Shown here: piece by piece, positions 11,501-24,630 of the stretch | How positions within the stretch are numbered: position 1 is the first letter of the stretch | Layout: each line of letters starts with the position of its first letter | NCBI GenBank assembly: GCA_026770705.1 | Contig: JANJGN010000026.1 | Location: 27,218,001 to 27,282,000 of the forward strand | From: Isurus oxyrinchus | Taxonomy: Eukaryota | Direction: 5' to 3' | DNA length: 64,000 nucleotides | Program-made: the position numbers and the translations under genes | The notes under the pieces: model-generated | Told to the model about the DNA's origin: nothing | Databases searched by the model: none | The model's input: only the letters and a program-made list of their open reading frames with translations

Positions 11501-14500
11501 TTAATTATTCTTGCACCATTTAAAGCAACCATTGAGAGTGGAGAATAGACACATCAGCAGGTTCTTCAACTCTTCTCGGAACTTGGCCTGAGTCACTGCG
11601 TAAATGAAGATGTTGGTGCAGGAACTGCTCAGCTGGAGCATGTTGGTCGTCTCTTGAAGGATGTGCTGCGGATCATTGAAATCCAAGCCGGTGAAGTAGG
11701 CCTCACCTGTAATCTGTACGTAGAGGAAATGTCCGACATAGATGACCCACAGGAGGAGGAAGCTGAGCAAGATGACGAACAGGAGGACGTTGGACCGCTT
11801 GCGGTTGTCCATCTCAGAATCCCCACGATTCTCGGCGCCCCGGAGTCCTCTGCATGCTCTGCTGGCTGCTAAGATGTGTCTCACAGTCAGGGCATTAAGT
11901 AATAGAATAAGGAAGAAGGGGAGAAATGGCATTAAGATGCGGTCCAGCCAGAGATAGGCTTGTCAGACAGTTAAGGTGTAGAAGGTGACTTTGATGTCGC
12001 AGAACCAGGGCATCCCATCCAGGATGTACAAGGGCTGGCAGGTGAAGAAGAAGGGGATGTTCGTGATGCAGCTTCAGGCACAGACCAGTCCTATAACCAG
12101 CGACACAGTTTTCTCGGTGCAGTATCTGGTCTTTAGGCTCTGACAGCAGATGGCCACAAAATGGTCGATGGTGAAGGCCACTGTCAGCCAGACTGAGCCA
12201 TCCCGGGTGGCACAGACCAGCAGGTTGCTGACCGTGCACCCCAGGGTGGTGGACAGGGTGGAAAATAAATGCCACCAAACCGGTTGAGGATGACGGCGGT
12301 GATCATGACAAGGAAATCTGTTACTGCTTTTGCTTACAGGTAGTAGGTGATGCGCCGGGAGAGTCCGCACTGCCCTCGGGATAGGATTATGATCGCCAGC
12401 AAATTGGCTGCAAGAGAGAGAAAAGGAGAGAAAAAAAGTTAAAGATCTCACTCTAAATACCAGCCACTTGTTATGATCTTGTTAGGGACCAATAACATTT
12501 AAGGATAACTCTGAACGCCTCGTAATTAATACTTGAACTACGCCACATGATTCACGTTTTTAAACAAAAGCAAACGTTACTGTATAAATAATTAATACAA
12601 GCAATGCTAATTTAAAACTGTAGTTTATAATTACTGCACACACTCCAGCAACATTTCCCCTAATCATTACAAGACTCTTGAAAATTCATTCACTTCTGTA
12701 TGGGTCATAGAAACATAGAAAAGTTACGGTGCAGAAAGAGGCCATTCAGCCCATCATGTCTGTGCTGACCAAAAAGAGAAAAGAAGAAACCAGCCGCTCA
12801 TTTTAATCCCACATTCCAGCACCCGGCCTCTAGCCCTGCAGGTTACAGAACTTCAGATGCAGATGGTCAACTTTTAAATGAATTGAGCATTTCAGCCTCA
12901 ACCACCAACTTTGGCAGTGAATTCCAGGCACCCACCACACTCTGGATGGAAAAGTATGCAACAGTCATCCAGGATGCACGTTTATTCTCCTCAGTGTTCC
13001 AATTGTTCTCTGAGGTTTCTGCAGAACTGAATTTAACATTCCTGTAATATGTAACGGAATTCATGGGGGAGAAGTAAAACTATGGAACTGAGTTTTTCAC
13101 ATAAGGAGTTATTAGCTATAGTTGTTTGTTTATAAACGTGGACTCTTTTAGTATTATTCTGTCAATTAATTACAGGATGATCGATATTATGGGGCTGCTT
13201 CGATCACCTTATTTGCTAAGTGACCCTACAATTTTTATTTAATACATCACTACTGTGGGTGCCTCAGTTCCTTGTTCTGATTGCCATCAGATGCCCAACT
13301 GCCTTCTCACAGCTTGCAAACTATTTCTGCTGACTGCTTTCTGCCACAAGGCTCTGTGAGGATCACTGTTACTTTACTTCTGTAATTACAAGAAAGGCAA
13401 ATCTTCTAATTGCTTTTTCCCTTGCGAAACCCAAACTAAGGTTGTACGCATTGTACTCTCATTTCGCATGGTGATAATACAAGTTGTATTTTCACTGTTT
13501 TAAGTATCGACCTAACGAACAATCATATCCTTTTGGCACTCTGAGTCCAATGTGACGAAGTGTACACCAAACCAAAACCGCAACTGCCTTCTTACTTGGG
13601 GATTTAAACATCAGGAGCACTCCTGATTCCTACTAGCCTTCTCTGCTCCCACAGCTTCTGTAAGGAGACTAGTCCCACAGCTGATTCCCAAGAACTGCCT
13701 GCTTTCTGAGCAAACACCCATTTAACGTAAACAAAATAAAGTTCTACCCAACAGCCCACCTCCATTAAATCATGGAATGCTTTGAGATGGAACAATTTAT
13801 ATCTCTAATGGATATAATTGCCCTCTCTCCAGACTCCCTGGCACACTGGGAGATCCAGAGGTGGGTCACCTATTACTTAAGTTATTTTTTTCGCTATCTA
13901 CTGTGATCTTATAACATAAACACAGGATGCACTTTATGTGTGTTAAACTCAAGCTTGTTTGAGCTGCATTTACATCAGTGTTGTTTTGTCAGTTTCTTAA
14001 CTAGATGCACCGTTTTTCTACAATTAAATTTTAATCCCTAAAATGAGTAGTTATATTCTAAATCATATTAATTATGAGCTAAATATTCGCAGCAAAATGT
14101 CCCATCCAATCTGTTACACAATATTTCCTCATCCATCCTTTGCCACCTCAAGAATCAGACTATACCAAAGCCTTTACTAATTGTTCTACACCCAATTTTG
14201 GATTAAATATTTGTCAGTACAGAAAACATCTCCTGCAGTTACAGCCACGAACCCTGCTGTCTGATCGCTGAGTCATTCCCTCTGGTTGCCCATCCTCTGA
14301 GGCTTGAGACCCTTTAAAATCTTGGTGTCTTGTTTGACCATGAAATGATCTTCCAAACGCCTCCCTCCCCTTATCAATCACAAGCACCAACGCTGCATAT
14401 TTCCACCTTTCTGATGTAACCAGTAATATGGCCCTTCTCCAATGCTTCCTTAGCTAAGGCGCCGCTGAAAGCCTTATATATGCCCTTGTTACATCTAGAC

Positions 14501-15469
14501 CTCAGGCAATTGGAAATGTCCCCTGGACAGCACCTCACTTTGCATTGTCAGTAAAGGTAAGCTCAAAGAAAATATTTGCTGACCGTGCACTTACTCACAC
14601 CAAGTCCAGCTCTTCCATCAGTTCTATACTCGCTGACCTACTCCCTTTGCTCCCGGTGCAGCAATGCCTCCATTGGAATATTCTCATGTTGCTCTTCAAA
14701 CCACTCCACAGCCTCGCCACTCCTAATCCCTGGATCTTTATGCAGCACTACAGCCATCTGGGATTTCAGCGTACCTACAGCTCTGCCCTCTCGTACACCC
14801 TGATATTAATCGCTCCACCAATATCTTCCATCTTTAGCTGACGAGTCCCTAATCTCTGAAATTCCTTTCCTCAAAGCTACAACTGTTTCCTTCTTTATGA
14901 TGCTCCGTATCTCTTTGATCATAAATTTACTTGCCTGCCCTAATATATGCCTAGGTGCTTCGGTGTCAATGTGTTTGCAAAGCTTCCGTGAAGCAGCATC
15001 ATACTTCAGTATTCGTAGAAAGAATTGCACAACTTCTCTCTCTCAGGTGGAAATGGGAGACGGGCAATAAACATTGACCTATCCAGTGACAGGGACGATC
15101 CCTGAATGAATAGAAAATATAATTAGCCAAAATACAAGGCAAACGTACACAACACAAAATAAATAATAGATTCAAATTCTTGCATCTCCACTCACCTACG
15201 TGAAGTGTTTCTGTAACTAATTCCTGCGAACACATTAACAACGGGACCTGCCCATTGGGAACTCACTGTACAGTAACTGTTAAAATCCTTCCATTGATGG
15301 CAATGTAGATTTCATCCAATTGCTGAATATATTTAAGATCGCAATGCATCTAATATAATTATTGCAAAGAAAGTAAAGAATTTATTTGGGATCCATAACT
15401 TACCTGGACAACAGCGGCAAGGATGGGATAGTAAATGGCATAGAAAGGGCCATTCACTGGTCCGTGCAT
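11501..15469 (-). pseudogene. GPR139/142-like GPCR pseudogene (exons 15404-15469 and 11501-12407)
   Basis: Exon 1 MHGPVNGPFYAIYYPILAAV is 4 nt short of the intact copy (phase shift); exon 2 has TAC TAC CTG TAA and further frameshifts; strong similarity to the copy at 2228-6429. Confidence 0.9.
12710..12955 (-). mobile_element. CR1 LINE 3'-end fragment
   Basis: Reverse complement of the CR1 tail at 5140-5350 (VVGAWNSLPKLVVEAE). Confidence 0.8.
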
Positions 15470-16129
15470 CGCCTTTCAGAAAGTGAGGGAACTCTCTAAG
15501 CTGCACAACTTAGCTCTGTGACATAATCAAAGTGTTCCTCATTTCTTCCCTGTGACAGTCTCCACAGGGTCAATTACATTACAACATGCACCTTAGTTAC
15601 GCTTTGTTGAACAAACAAATTATCTCACGGATTCATGCCCATCATTTGTAACACTGGCAACGTGGGTGATTCTATCATCTTTGTGAAAAAAGTGCAGGTT
15701 GGAAATTCTGTGGTCACACCTCCCCCAAACCATGCATTGGCGTCACCATGAAGCAGAAGCCATGATGGTAGATACTGAGCTCAGGTCCTTGCTCTAACGT
15801 AAAACCGTCTCTAACCACCTCTGCCATGTTCCTATTTATTTTGTGTTTATTGGATTTCAGTTATTTCATATATATGGCTTATTGGTAAGTGTTTTAGTAT
15901 TTAATTCTTTAATTTTATTTAAATATTTATATTAATTTACAGTTTAGTCATTGGAAGTAACGATTAGCTTATATGGAAGAACATCTGAGTGGCAGACCAT
16001 TGCATGCTAATCCTGCACCATGTGGGAACTGCAGTACGTTTCATGTGTCCTGCTAAACTACATGTCCAGAAATGTTCTCCAAATGCTCAAATACAAGCTC
16101 AGAGCTATTCGTAAAGGGACAAGTGGCAC

Positions 16130-16575
16130 ATGTCCTGCTGTGTTATAACCAGAGGCACGGTAACGAGAAGTAATAACTGAGACGTGGTTTAGAAGTAATA
16201 GTACCAAGTGCAGTGGCGCCAGAGACAAAGTCAATGCAACGTAGAAAAAATGTAGAAAGAAGTAATAACTGAGAGAAAGAGAGAGAAAGCCCAATGGAAC
16301 CAGAGCAACGGCAGTGAGTAGTGCAATGTTAAAATGGGCCTGGGCTGGTGCAGCAGCAATTAAGGCACGGCCTAATGTAATATAAACTCAGATATAGTCG
16401 AGTCCAGTAATTGATGTATAGCCTAAGCGAAATAATGAAAAATGAGTTTGGGCTATTATAATTCAGAGACATGGATATATCAAGTAATTGCTGCGAAATG
16501 CATTAGAGAAAGAGGCAGCAGTAACAGAGCCAGTGTAAATATAATGTAATGCGGTAATAACGGAGACATGGCCCT
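16130..16575 (+). repeat. Degenerate ~27-bp tandem repeat array
   Basis: Recurring gagacatgg(t/c)cta(g/a)tg(c/t)a(a/g)ta(ata)a(a/c)(t/a)-like units; same family as 38040-40215. Confidence 0.7.
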
Positions 16576-18037
16576 GTCCCCATCCCCCCTGTCGGTTTTT
16601 TGGAGCCTTTGACTGCGCCCTGCTCACAAAGGTAATTTGGTCTGAGTGTTTTGCTGGTTCGGAGACAGTTTATACACAATGAGCAGATTCCATAAGATGG
16701 CGACTAATCTTTAAAAAAAGCAACAAGGGCAAAGTTACTCCAATGTCCATTGCCCTTCGGTGCGTTGCTTCAATCTCTGTCCCTGCAGCTATAACCTAAA
16801 GGCCTAGAAAACAATAGTTGCTCATTAAGAACATATTTTACATGTTATCTGAAAAAGGGAAGGGTGAGGACAGCATTTGGTTAAATGACCGGGAGAGTTT
16901 ATTCTGTGTGTACATTGTGTACTCCAGTCTGGATATTGACAATGTGACTGGACTGTTTCTGTTTGGAGCCTGGTCCTCAGTTGCTAGCCTGAGGGAAGCT
17001 GCCGGGTCTCAGGCGCCTACTTCGGGATCAGACGTTTAACCGAGATCCCGTTAGTCCGCTCATGGAGATGTTGAAGAATCATGGGCACAATTGGACTAAG
17101 TTAAAAGCAAAACACTGAGGACGATGGAAATCTGAGATAAAAACACAACATGCTGCAAATTCTCAGCAGGTCTGGCAGCATCTGTGAGAGAAACAGAGTT
17201 AATGTTTCTATTCCAGTGTGATTGTTTTGAAGATCTAATTTCGGCTCGGAACGCTAACTCTTTTTCTCACCAGTGGAAATAGAGCGGGGGCGGGGTGGGG
17301 GTGTATTGGTGTGGAGATGGTGCATGAAGTTCTCCCGGTATTGTCCGCCAAATTTCTACTCTCAACAGACATCATCCATTAAAAACACGTGGACCGAGCT
17401 CCCAGCTCATTACTGTGGGTGAAAGGGAGGGTCGTTCTCCCACTTCCACCTCCGTCCTCTGTCCATCAGACTAATGTGGGAGGGGATTTCACGTCTGCTT
17501 CGCAGATCCTACGATGTGTGTGAAACTGCAGATTCTTGCCTTTTCTTTCCTGGCCGGCAGAATTGTTGTGCAGCCCTTTCTCCATCTCCACTCTCCGAAT
17601 CTAGGCTCATTTGATCAAAGCTGGCACATAGTGTCTATTTGATCATAGTATTATGCTGGTTCAGTGTCGGTATAAAGAAAATGAACACACTTCACGATGT
17701 AGTGATTGCGCCCTTTAAAACACAGAGTTCCTTCAATGTTCATTGTCCCTCTTCAGTGACTGTTAAATGTTTTCTGACACTATTCACAAAGCAGCGTTTC
17801 CACCTTGCAATACCAAGTCTAGGGGAACCATTCCCGCCTCTATCCCTAACCATGTAACCATCTCCGTTATTAAGACACGGACTATAGCCCCGCTCGGGCT
17901 ACAGGTTTTAAAGCTCCACTGGGTAGGCAGAGAAGTGAGGTAACATGATCCTGGGAATGACAGCCGATTCAAAAGAGTGGAGATTAGAACCAAGTTGTTC
18001 TCATCTCAACTTCCCTTTTTTAGAGTTGACAGCGACA

Positions 18038-18330
18038 ATGCCGTCACCCAACATCTGGGTTGTATGGGGCGGGGGCAGGAGAAATTCTGACAGATTGAAA
18101 TAAACACATTTCATCTCATTCCCAAATCATGGTTGCAATCGGAATTTTGAAAACAATCCGATTTGATTACTTCCTGTTTAAATATATGTTTCAGATCTGA
18201 GCCATGGAGATTCTGTCACTTAGATACTGTCCGCAAATGTTAAGACATAAGGAGAAGCAGCTGCTTTAAGTTTCATCTACGACATTATATGGAAGGGTTT
18301 TTTTTTTGTTGCACTGGCTTATCCAGATCG
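18038..18330 (+). pseudogene. TCR alpha/delta-type V pseudogene V1 (paralog of V8), 3' half missing
   Basis: Leader ATG at 18038 with a dead donor; exon from 18195 reads LSHGDSVT*ILSANVKT*GE, matching V8 LSHGDSVTQPLSPGVKTEGE; no YYC or heptamer. Confidence 0.75.
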
Positions 18331-18912
18331 AGCTATATTCGCAGAGGCGGTCTCGCTCCTGTCTGCCGGCAATCGGTGAGACAGACAACAGCCAGGGTAC
18401 GGTTCGAGCAGTCATTCCTCTCTCTCTGAGGGGAGAAAGTGACTCCAAGAGCTGATCAGAAGCAGGGCTGACAGTCGGAGTTTATGAGGAAAAGGAACTC
18501 TACCCCCGTACTTTATGCTGTGCCTGAGAACTCCTGACTGTTCGTGTTTGTATCGAATCTCGGGCAGTTGCAGCCACAATGTTCAGCGGCTCTGTCAGCC
18601 GCTCAAACACAAACTGAGTGGAAACCACCGTTAAGCTATAATCACTCCACATCTGATAGCTTTCTCCACCTCTATAGGCAGATCAGCATTCCAGGTAAGC
18701 TCCAAGGTATTTGCTGAGGAGACGTAGGCCGAGACATTGAGATAATTCTCAAGATTTCCCAAACCGGCTCTTTGTTAATTTGAACGTGGACAAAGGCAGA
18801 AATACAACTCTTTGATAAACAAACCTGACAATCTTTGTTTACCGTGCGCTTGGGATCAGACTAACTCCACTGTTAAAAGCACTAAAGAAGACAAAAAAAA
18901 ACTGGCGGAGGT

Positions 18913-19424
18913 ATTTTTTTAAGGGGTCTTGACCTTTATCTGCCTGTTGTGCCTCACTGCACAGTAATAGACCGGCACACCCTCCACACTCAAGCTATTT
19001 ATATAGAGGTAGGCATTGTTCTGAGGCTGGTCAGCAGCCAGCAGATATTGTCCTGATATTTCATCTTCTTTGAATGCTGCCACTTTGGTAATTATCCAGC
19101 TTGGAGGTTGTGCCTGTTTATGTCGATACTATTGCATGTTGTTTATAATCTGGCCTGTATATTCGCAATCCAATTGCACCGAAGCTACTTCTGACACTGT
19201 TAACGCCACCAGTGACTGAGTTACTGGATCTGCAAATAGTCAGCCTGTAAATGTAGAGGAACAAAAGAGCAGGAAGTTAAACAGGATCGATCTAAACCTG
19301 TGTCTATCTTTATGAACGTTTGTAAATTCCCATTCACCAGGCTTGCATCAATCCGCGAAACTGTCTTGATGAACCTAATTCTATGCCTACTGCCCAACAG
19401 CGCCGCCAGTATTATCAGAAACAT
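18913..19424 (-). pseudogene. TCR V pseudogene V2 (leader 19391-19424, V exon 18952-19244, degenerate 23-RSS)
   Basis: Leader MFLIILAALLG with GT donor; V exon *LFADPVTQSLVALTVSEVASVQLDCEYTGQIINNMQ*YRHKQAQPP...LYINSLSVEGVPVYYCAVR; heptamer CACAACA at 18945-18951; two stops, one replacing the conserved Trp. Confidence 0.9.
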
Positions 19425-20666
19425 GTATGACTGAATCTCTCTCAGTGAATGTGAAAGGAATGAGCCAGAGATCGAGAAGGAGAGAGGGAACCCGGGCTCT
19501 GTTCAACTCATTGTTCCACCCACACACTGCAGGGGGCCAGCCCCATTGTGACCTCACTCAGGAAATCATTACAATTGGTTTTGGTCTTCATCCCACGTGA
19601 CTTTCTAAAGAACATGCTTGGGCTTGGCGCACTCTGCTGGTGGATTCTGTTCAATCCGGTTCAGAATGGGGGCATTAAGTGGGTTTAATGTAGTCAGATA
19701 TGTGAATATACTAGTTAAACTGGGGTTGTTCTTATTATATATTCCTGTTGAATTCTCGACCTGAAGGCAGGTCCAATCCACTGCACCACCACGGGAAGAA
19801 CAAGAAGGCATGCCCCAAATCCACTCCAGGAATTGAACACCGTTCTGGCTTTCAAACCTACTGAGCCAGCCATCCCCCCTCCTTCTAAGGAGTCCGAGGC
19901 AGGGAAGATACACACCGCCCACAAGACCACCTCCACTTAGATCAAAGGGAGTAGAGGAGAGACTGAACTGAGGTGCTCAATTTCTGTGAGTTTGTTAGTG
20001 TAGATCGCCCATAACTGTTTCCAATTGCAGGCCGTTGGATAACACGGGTTATCCTATTTGGAAGGGAAAAGTAGCTCGGAAAGATTCGATTAATTTGTTA
20101 CACTGCAATTTGTTAAACTCTGGAAGGTGGAGTTCAAAAGGGTGGTGGGAGAAGATTCAACAGTAACTTTAAAAAGGAAATTGTATGCAACTAGAAAGGG
20201 AAAATGCCGGGCTATCTAGAAAATGTGGGCGTTGAAAGCCGAACCGGATAATTCTTTCAAAGCCTCTCCGGCATCACAGACCGAGTGACCTCATTCGGTA
20301 CTCTAAGATTCCACGTTTCTAGTGCCTCCCTATCCCCCACACTATTTTTTCTCACTCATTTGAACAGTGAGCAGATGCAGGATGGTCACAGGCTTCTGGG
20401 GATTCAATCGTCGCTACTTCCGCTTCATCAGTTCTGGGTGCAGCTGACAGTCACCGCACACTTCACTCAATGTTCAGTCTGCGATATCCCCTCCCACAGC
20501 TCCGGCTTGCTGTTATCGCTGTGACCCGATTGTGCTCTTGGAGAGATTGCTGCCGTTGGTCAATTCCTATCAATGGTTAGGTCAGCATTGCAGTGGGGCG
20601 GGGATCTGTATTTCTTCTCCGACAGAGGGTGTCTCGCACTGCAGAGTTACAGACTCAGGAAGTATC

Positions 20667-21201
20667 ATGGGGAACCGTCACACCCCGCTCCTCATCATTA
20701 TCTCACTTCTCAGTCAGTATTTTCTCCCCAGTAAAACTCCATTCTCCACCTGACCGCTGTAACCCAGATATTATTGTTGGTAAAATAATATTGATGGCGG
20801 TTATGGTGGTTATGGTGAACAACACGAGGCTGATGCTGATTGTCATTTTATTATTATTTCTGTTAGAATGGGGTCACCAAGACAAAGTGGAACAACTGAT
20901 CCTGAATTAACGGTTGAGGAGGAAAGTAATGTTACGTTAGCCTACCCTTGAAAACCAGCGATTGTAACCCTTATGTGTACTGGGACTGTCAGCATCCCGG
21001 GAAACCTACAATGTACATGTTTCATTTTATTGGCGAGAATGTGCACAGGAACACCGACCTCAATGACCGGTTTCATTCTACGTCTAAAAAATATCAAGGT
21101 TACTGAGCTAACGATCACATTGATCTCCGACAGAGCCGTGTATTTCTGTGCCATGGATCTGACACTGCCGCAAAGATGTAGGAGATTCCGTAACAAAAGC
21201 C
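20667..21201 (+). pseudogene. TCR V pseudogene V3 (leader 20667-20712, V exon 20867-21160)
   Basis: Leader MGNRHTPLLIIISLL with GTCAGT donor; frameshifted V exon ending DRAVYFCAMDL; heptamer mutated to GACACTG. Confidence 0.85.
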
Positions 21202-21759
21202 TCACTGGCAGTTCCAGTAATTCAGTGTCCACGGTGAGAGTGACGGGCAGATTCTTAAAATTAAATCAAAACACAGCGTTCAATAACAGGAGCGGTTCAG
21301 ATCCACTTGCACATTCATATTCGTTTGTGATTACACATTGTATTGATAATCGATTCACCAACTGATCCGTGATGTCGTAACTCTTTTTCGCTTTCAACTC
21401 CTTTCCCTACCTATTTGTTCATGACCACCCTTTACTCATTTCTGAAAATTGTGCACATTTCCTTTTCCCAGTCTCTAATTTAAACGTTTAAAGCTTTTTC
21501 TGCTACCTTGTGCATTAACTCAGGTGCTCATGTACTCAGGTTTGCTTTCAATCCACACCATTTATGAAGGTTTCACTCACTATTGGAAAATGTACTACCT
21601 CTAACACTCATGTTACATGTCTGCTGGCCCGCAATATGGAATCAAGATGAAACTACCGCAGTTCTTACAGAGCGGCAAAGTTATATACTTATTGAAGGTG
21701 TCATTATCATTGAGTTCAGTTCCTTGTAGATCAATCCTATGAATGACAACACTGCCCAC

Positions 21760-22080
21760 AGCATTCCCGCCCACAGCTTCCTTTTGCTGTTTTCGTTCTG
21801 ACCTGCCTTGCCTGTCGAGTTTTGTTCATGAGTTGTTACCGCTTTTCCCTGTTTGGTATTAGTTAAATCAGAAGTCCAGTGGGGAGGCGATCGCTAGTTC
21901 TACCCTGACAGATCATTTCGAGTTACATCCGAGTTACAGAGTCAGGGAACATCATGTCGAATGTATGTAAGATCACTCCTCGTTATTATCTCACTTCTCA
22001 GAAAACATCCATTCTCCTCCTGGCTGCCATATGCCCAACATAATTGATAGCAAAATGCTTGCAATGATGACGTGACGATA
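21760..22080 (+). pseudogene. Orphan V promoter plus leader relic of the V3/V4 family, V exon absent
   Basis: cccgcccacagcttcc promoter block and leader-like gatcactcctcgttattatctcacttctcag; sequence switches at ~22080 to a repeat of the 20250 region. Confidence 0.6.
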
Positions 22081-22485
22081 ACTTTTCCAAAGAGTCTCGG
22101 GCACCATAGGCCGAGAGCTCTAAGATTCAGTGGTTCTCGTCTCTTTCTGTCTCTCCCACTCTAATTATTCTCAGTCACTTGAACAGTGAACAGGTGCAGG
22201 ATGGTCACAGGCATCTGGAGTTTGAACCGTCGCTATTTCAGCTCCACCAGTTCCAGGTGCAGCTGAGGGTCATCGCACACTTCACTCAATATTGAGTCTG
22301 CGCTATCCCCGCCCACAGCTTCCGTTTGTTGCTCTCGCTCTGACCCGGTTGTGTTATTGAAGAAATTGCTGCCGCTGGTCCATTCCTGTCATTGGTTGGA
22401 TCAGCAGTGCACTGGGACGGGGACCTGTGTTTCTGCTCCGACAGAGGATTTCTTGCATTGCAGAGTTACTGACTCAGGAAGGATC

Positions 22486-23022
22486 ATGGGGAACCGTCTC
22501 ACTCCACTCCTCATCATTATGTCACTTAAGTGTTTCCTTCCCAGTAAAACTCCATTCTCCTCCTGACTGCTGTAACCCAGGTATTATTGTTGGCAAAATA
22601 ATAGTGATCGTGTTGATGATTATGTTGATCAATATGAGGTTGATACTGATTCATGTTCTTACGCTTTTTAATTTTAGAATGGAGCTACGAAGACACAATA
22701 GAACAGCCGGTTGATGAAATTAAGGTTGAAGAGGAAAGTAATGTCCACATTAACCTGCACCTTGAAAACAAGCGTTGTAAACCCTTACGTAGACTGGTAC
22801 AGTCAGCGCTCCGGGAATCCTGCAATGTATATGTTTCACCTTATTGGCCAGAATATGCAAAGAAACACCAACCTCAATGATCGGTTTTCTTCTACGTTTG
22901 ATAAAAATAACAAGATTACCCAGCTAACCATCAGTAACACGCTGATCTCAGACAACTTCATGTATTTCTGTGCCATGGACCCCACACTGCTGCAGCGCTA
23001 TGGGGAAGTCCATACAAAAAGC
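22486..23022 (+). pseudogene. TCR V segment V4, near-intact but frameshifted (leader from 22486, V exon 22678-22982, RSS 22983-23022)
   Basis: WSYEDTIEQPVDEIKVEEESNV, a +1 shift near 22745, then TLTCTLKTSVVNPYVDWYSQ..DRFSS..LTISN..MYFCAMDP; RSS CACACTG-24-ACAAAAAGC; leader donor lost by a 6-nt deletion. Confidence 0.9.
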
Positions 23023-23046
23023 CTCACTGGCAGTTCCAGCTAGCGC

Positions 23047-23060
23047 TCACCAGAGGGCGC
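23047..23060 (+). promoter_or_regulatory. CTCF-like motif 25 bp 3' of the V4 RSS
   Basis: TCACCAGAGGGCGC. Confidence 0.55.
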
Positions 23061-23727
23061 ACACACACACGGTTAATTCCGTTTCCACAATGAAAGTCAC
23101 AGGGAGATTCTTAAAATTGCAACAGAAGACAGCACTCGATAACAGCAACCGGTGAGTTCCACTTGCATAGTCATATTGTTTTTTGATTGCACATCACATT
23201 TATAATTGACATGAAATTGACAAATCGATCCATGATGCCTTGACTCCCCTTTTTGGTTTTCGATACCTTTCCCTTCCTATTTGTTCCTTAACACTCTTGT
23301 TTCAGTCTTTTCTGAAAACTGCACATTTCCTTTTTCCCGTCTCTAATATAAAAATTTTAATATTTTTCTTGTACATTAATTTGGAACGACTGTAACCCGG
23401 CTGCTTATGTAGCCAGGCTTGAATTTAATCCACATCACTGGTGAAGATTAAGCTTACTAGTGAATAATTTCCTAACCCAGACACTGTTGGCGCTGGCCCG
23501 CAATACTGAATGAAGTTTGAACTACAGTTCTTGCAAAGAGGCAAATTTGGATAATTTTCGAAGGTGTGATTAGTATTGAGTTCAGTTCCTTTGTAGATAA
23601 GTGCCAAGTGTGACAACACTGCCTGCGGTAGCCCCGCCCACAGCTTCCATTTGCTGCTCTCATTCTGACCCGACTTGCCTGCCCAGCATTATTGGAAGGA
23701 TTGTTGCCGCTTTTTAATGTACAGCAT

Positions 23728-24175
23728 ATGGAACTATCTCAGACCACTCATTATTATAACACCCTCAATAAGTATACACTTCACTCTGGCTGCCGAATCC
23801 AATCATTATTGATGATGTAATGATAAATATTGTCGTTGTCTTTGTCGGAATGGGGCCATCAAAATTCATCGGAGCAGTCGGTACCTGAAATGACTGTTGA
23901 AGAGGAAAGGAATATCACCATCAACTGCACTTTGGAAATAAGTGTGTCCCGGTACAGTCAGCAGCCCGGGCAGCCTCCATATTACGTGTTTTATATCAAT
24001 GAAGGATAGGAAAACGGAACCCAGATTTTAAAGAGCAATTCTCTTCTACGTATGTTAAAGCTGACAAAATTACTGAGTTAACGATTAGGAAATCCTGACA
24101 TTCGATACTTCAGTGTATTTCTGTGCCACGAAGGCCGTATTGCTGCAGAGATATAGCGGATCCCATGCAAATACC
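23728..24175 (+). pseudogene. TCR V pseudogene V5 (V exon 23849-24135)
   Basis: WGHQNSSEQSVPEMTVEEERNITINCTLE..RYSQQPGQPPYYVF..*..SVYFCATK; acceptor AG changed to GG; degenerate heptamer CGTATTG and nonamer GCAAATACC. Confidence 0.85.
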
Positions 24176-24630
24176 TACACCTGTAAGTGTCACTAATAAA
24201 ACATAAGCAATAATTCCGTCTCCACTGTGAGAGTCACAGGGACCTTTCAAAACTGCAATAAAACACAACAATCAGCAAGAACAGGTGAGGTCTTGCAGCA
24301 TCATACTAGCAAGTCGCATGTATAATACAAAATAAACTTCAGAGATGCACCATGTCGAATCTTAAGTGACTTCTACCCTTTTATATATTTCCCTGCCTGT
24401 TACCTATCATCGCCTGATTCCATTTCCTAATCGGCATTCTTTAATCTTCCGCCTTCCAGTCTTTTATTTTAATGATATAAAACATTTTTGTTTTCTGTTT
24501 CTGTTTGGCGTGTTAATTCAGAACTGCTCAAACTGAACTTCCTATAAACAAGAACTATTAAATCAGGTAAGTGACTAAACACGGAATCACCCAGAGACTG
24601 CCCAACGGCAACTGGACTTTCTCAGAATAC

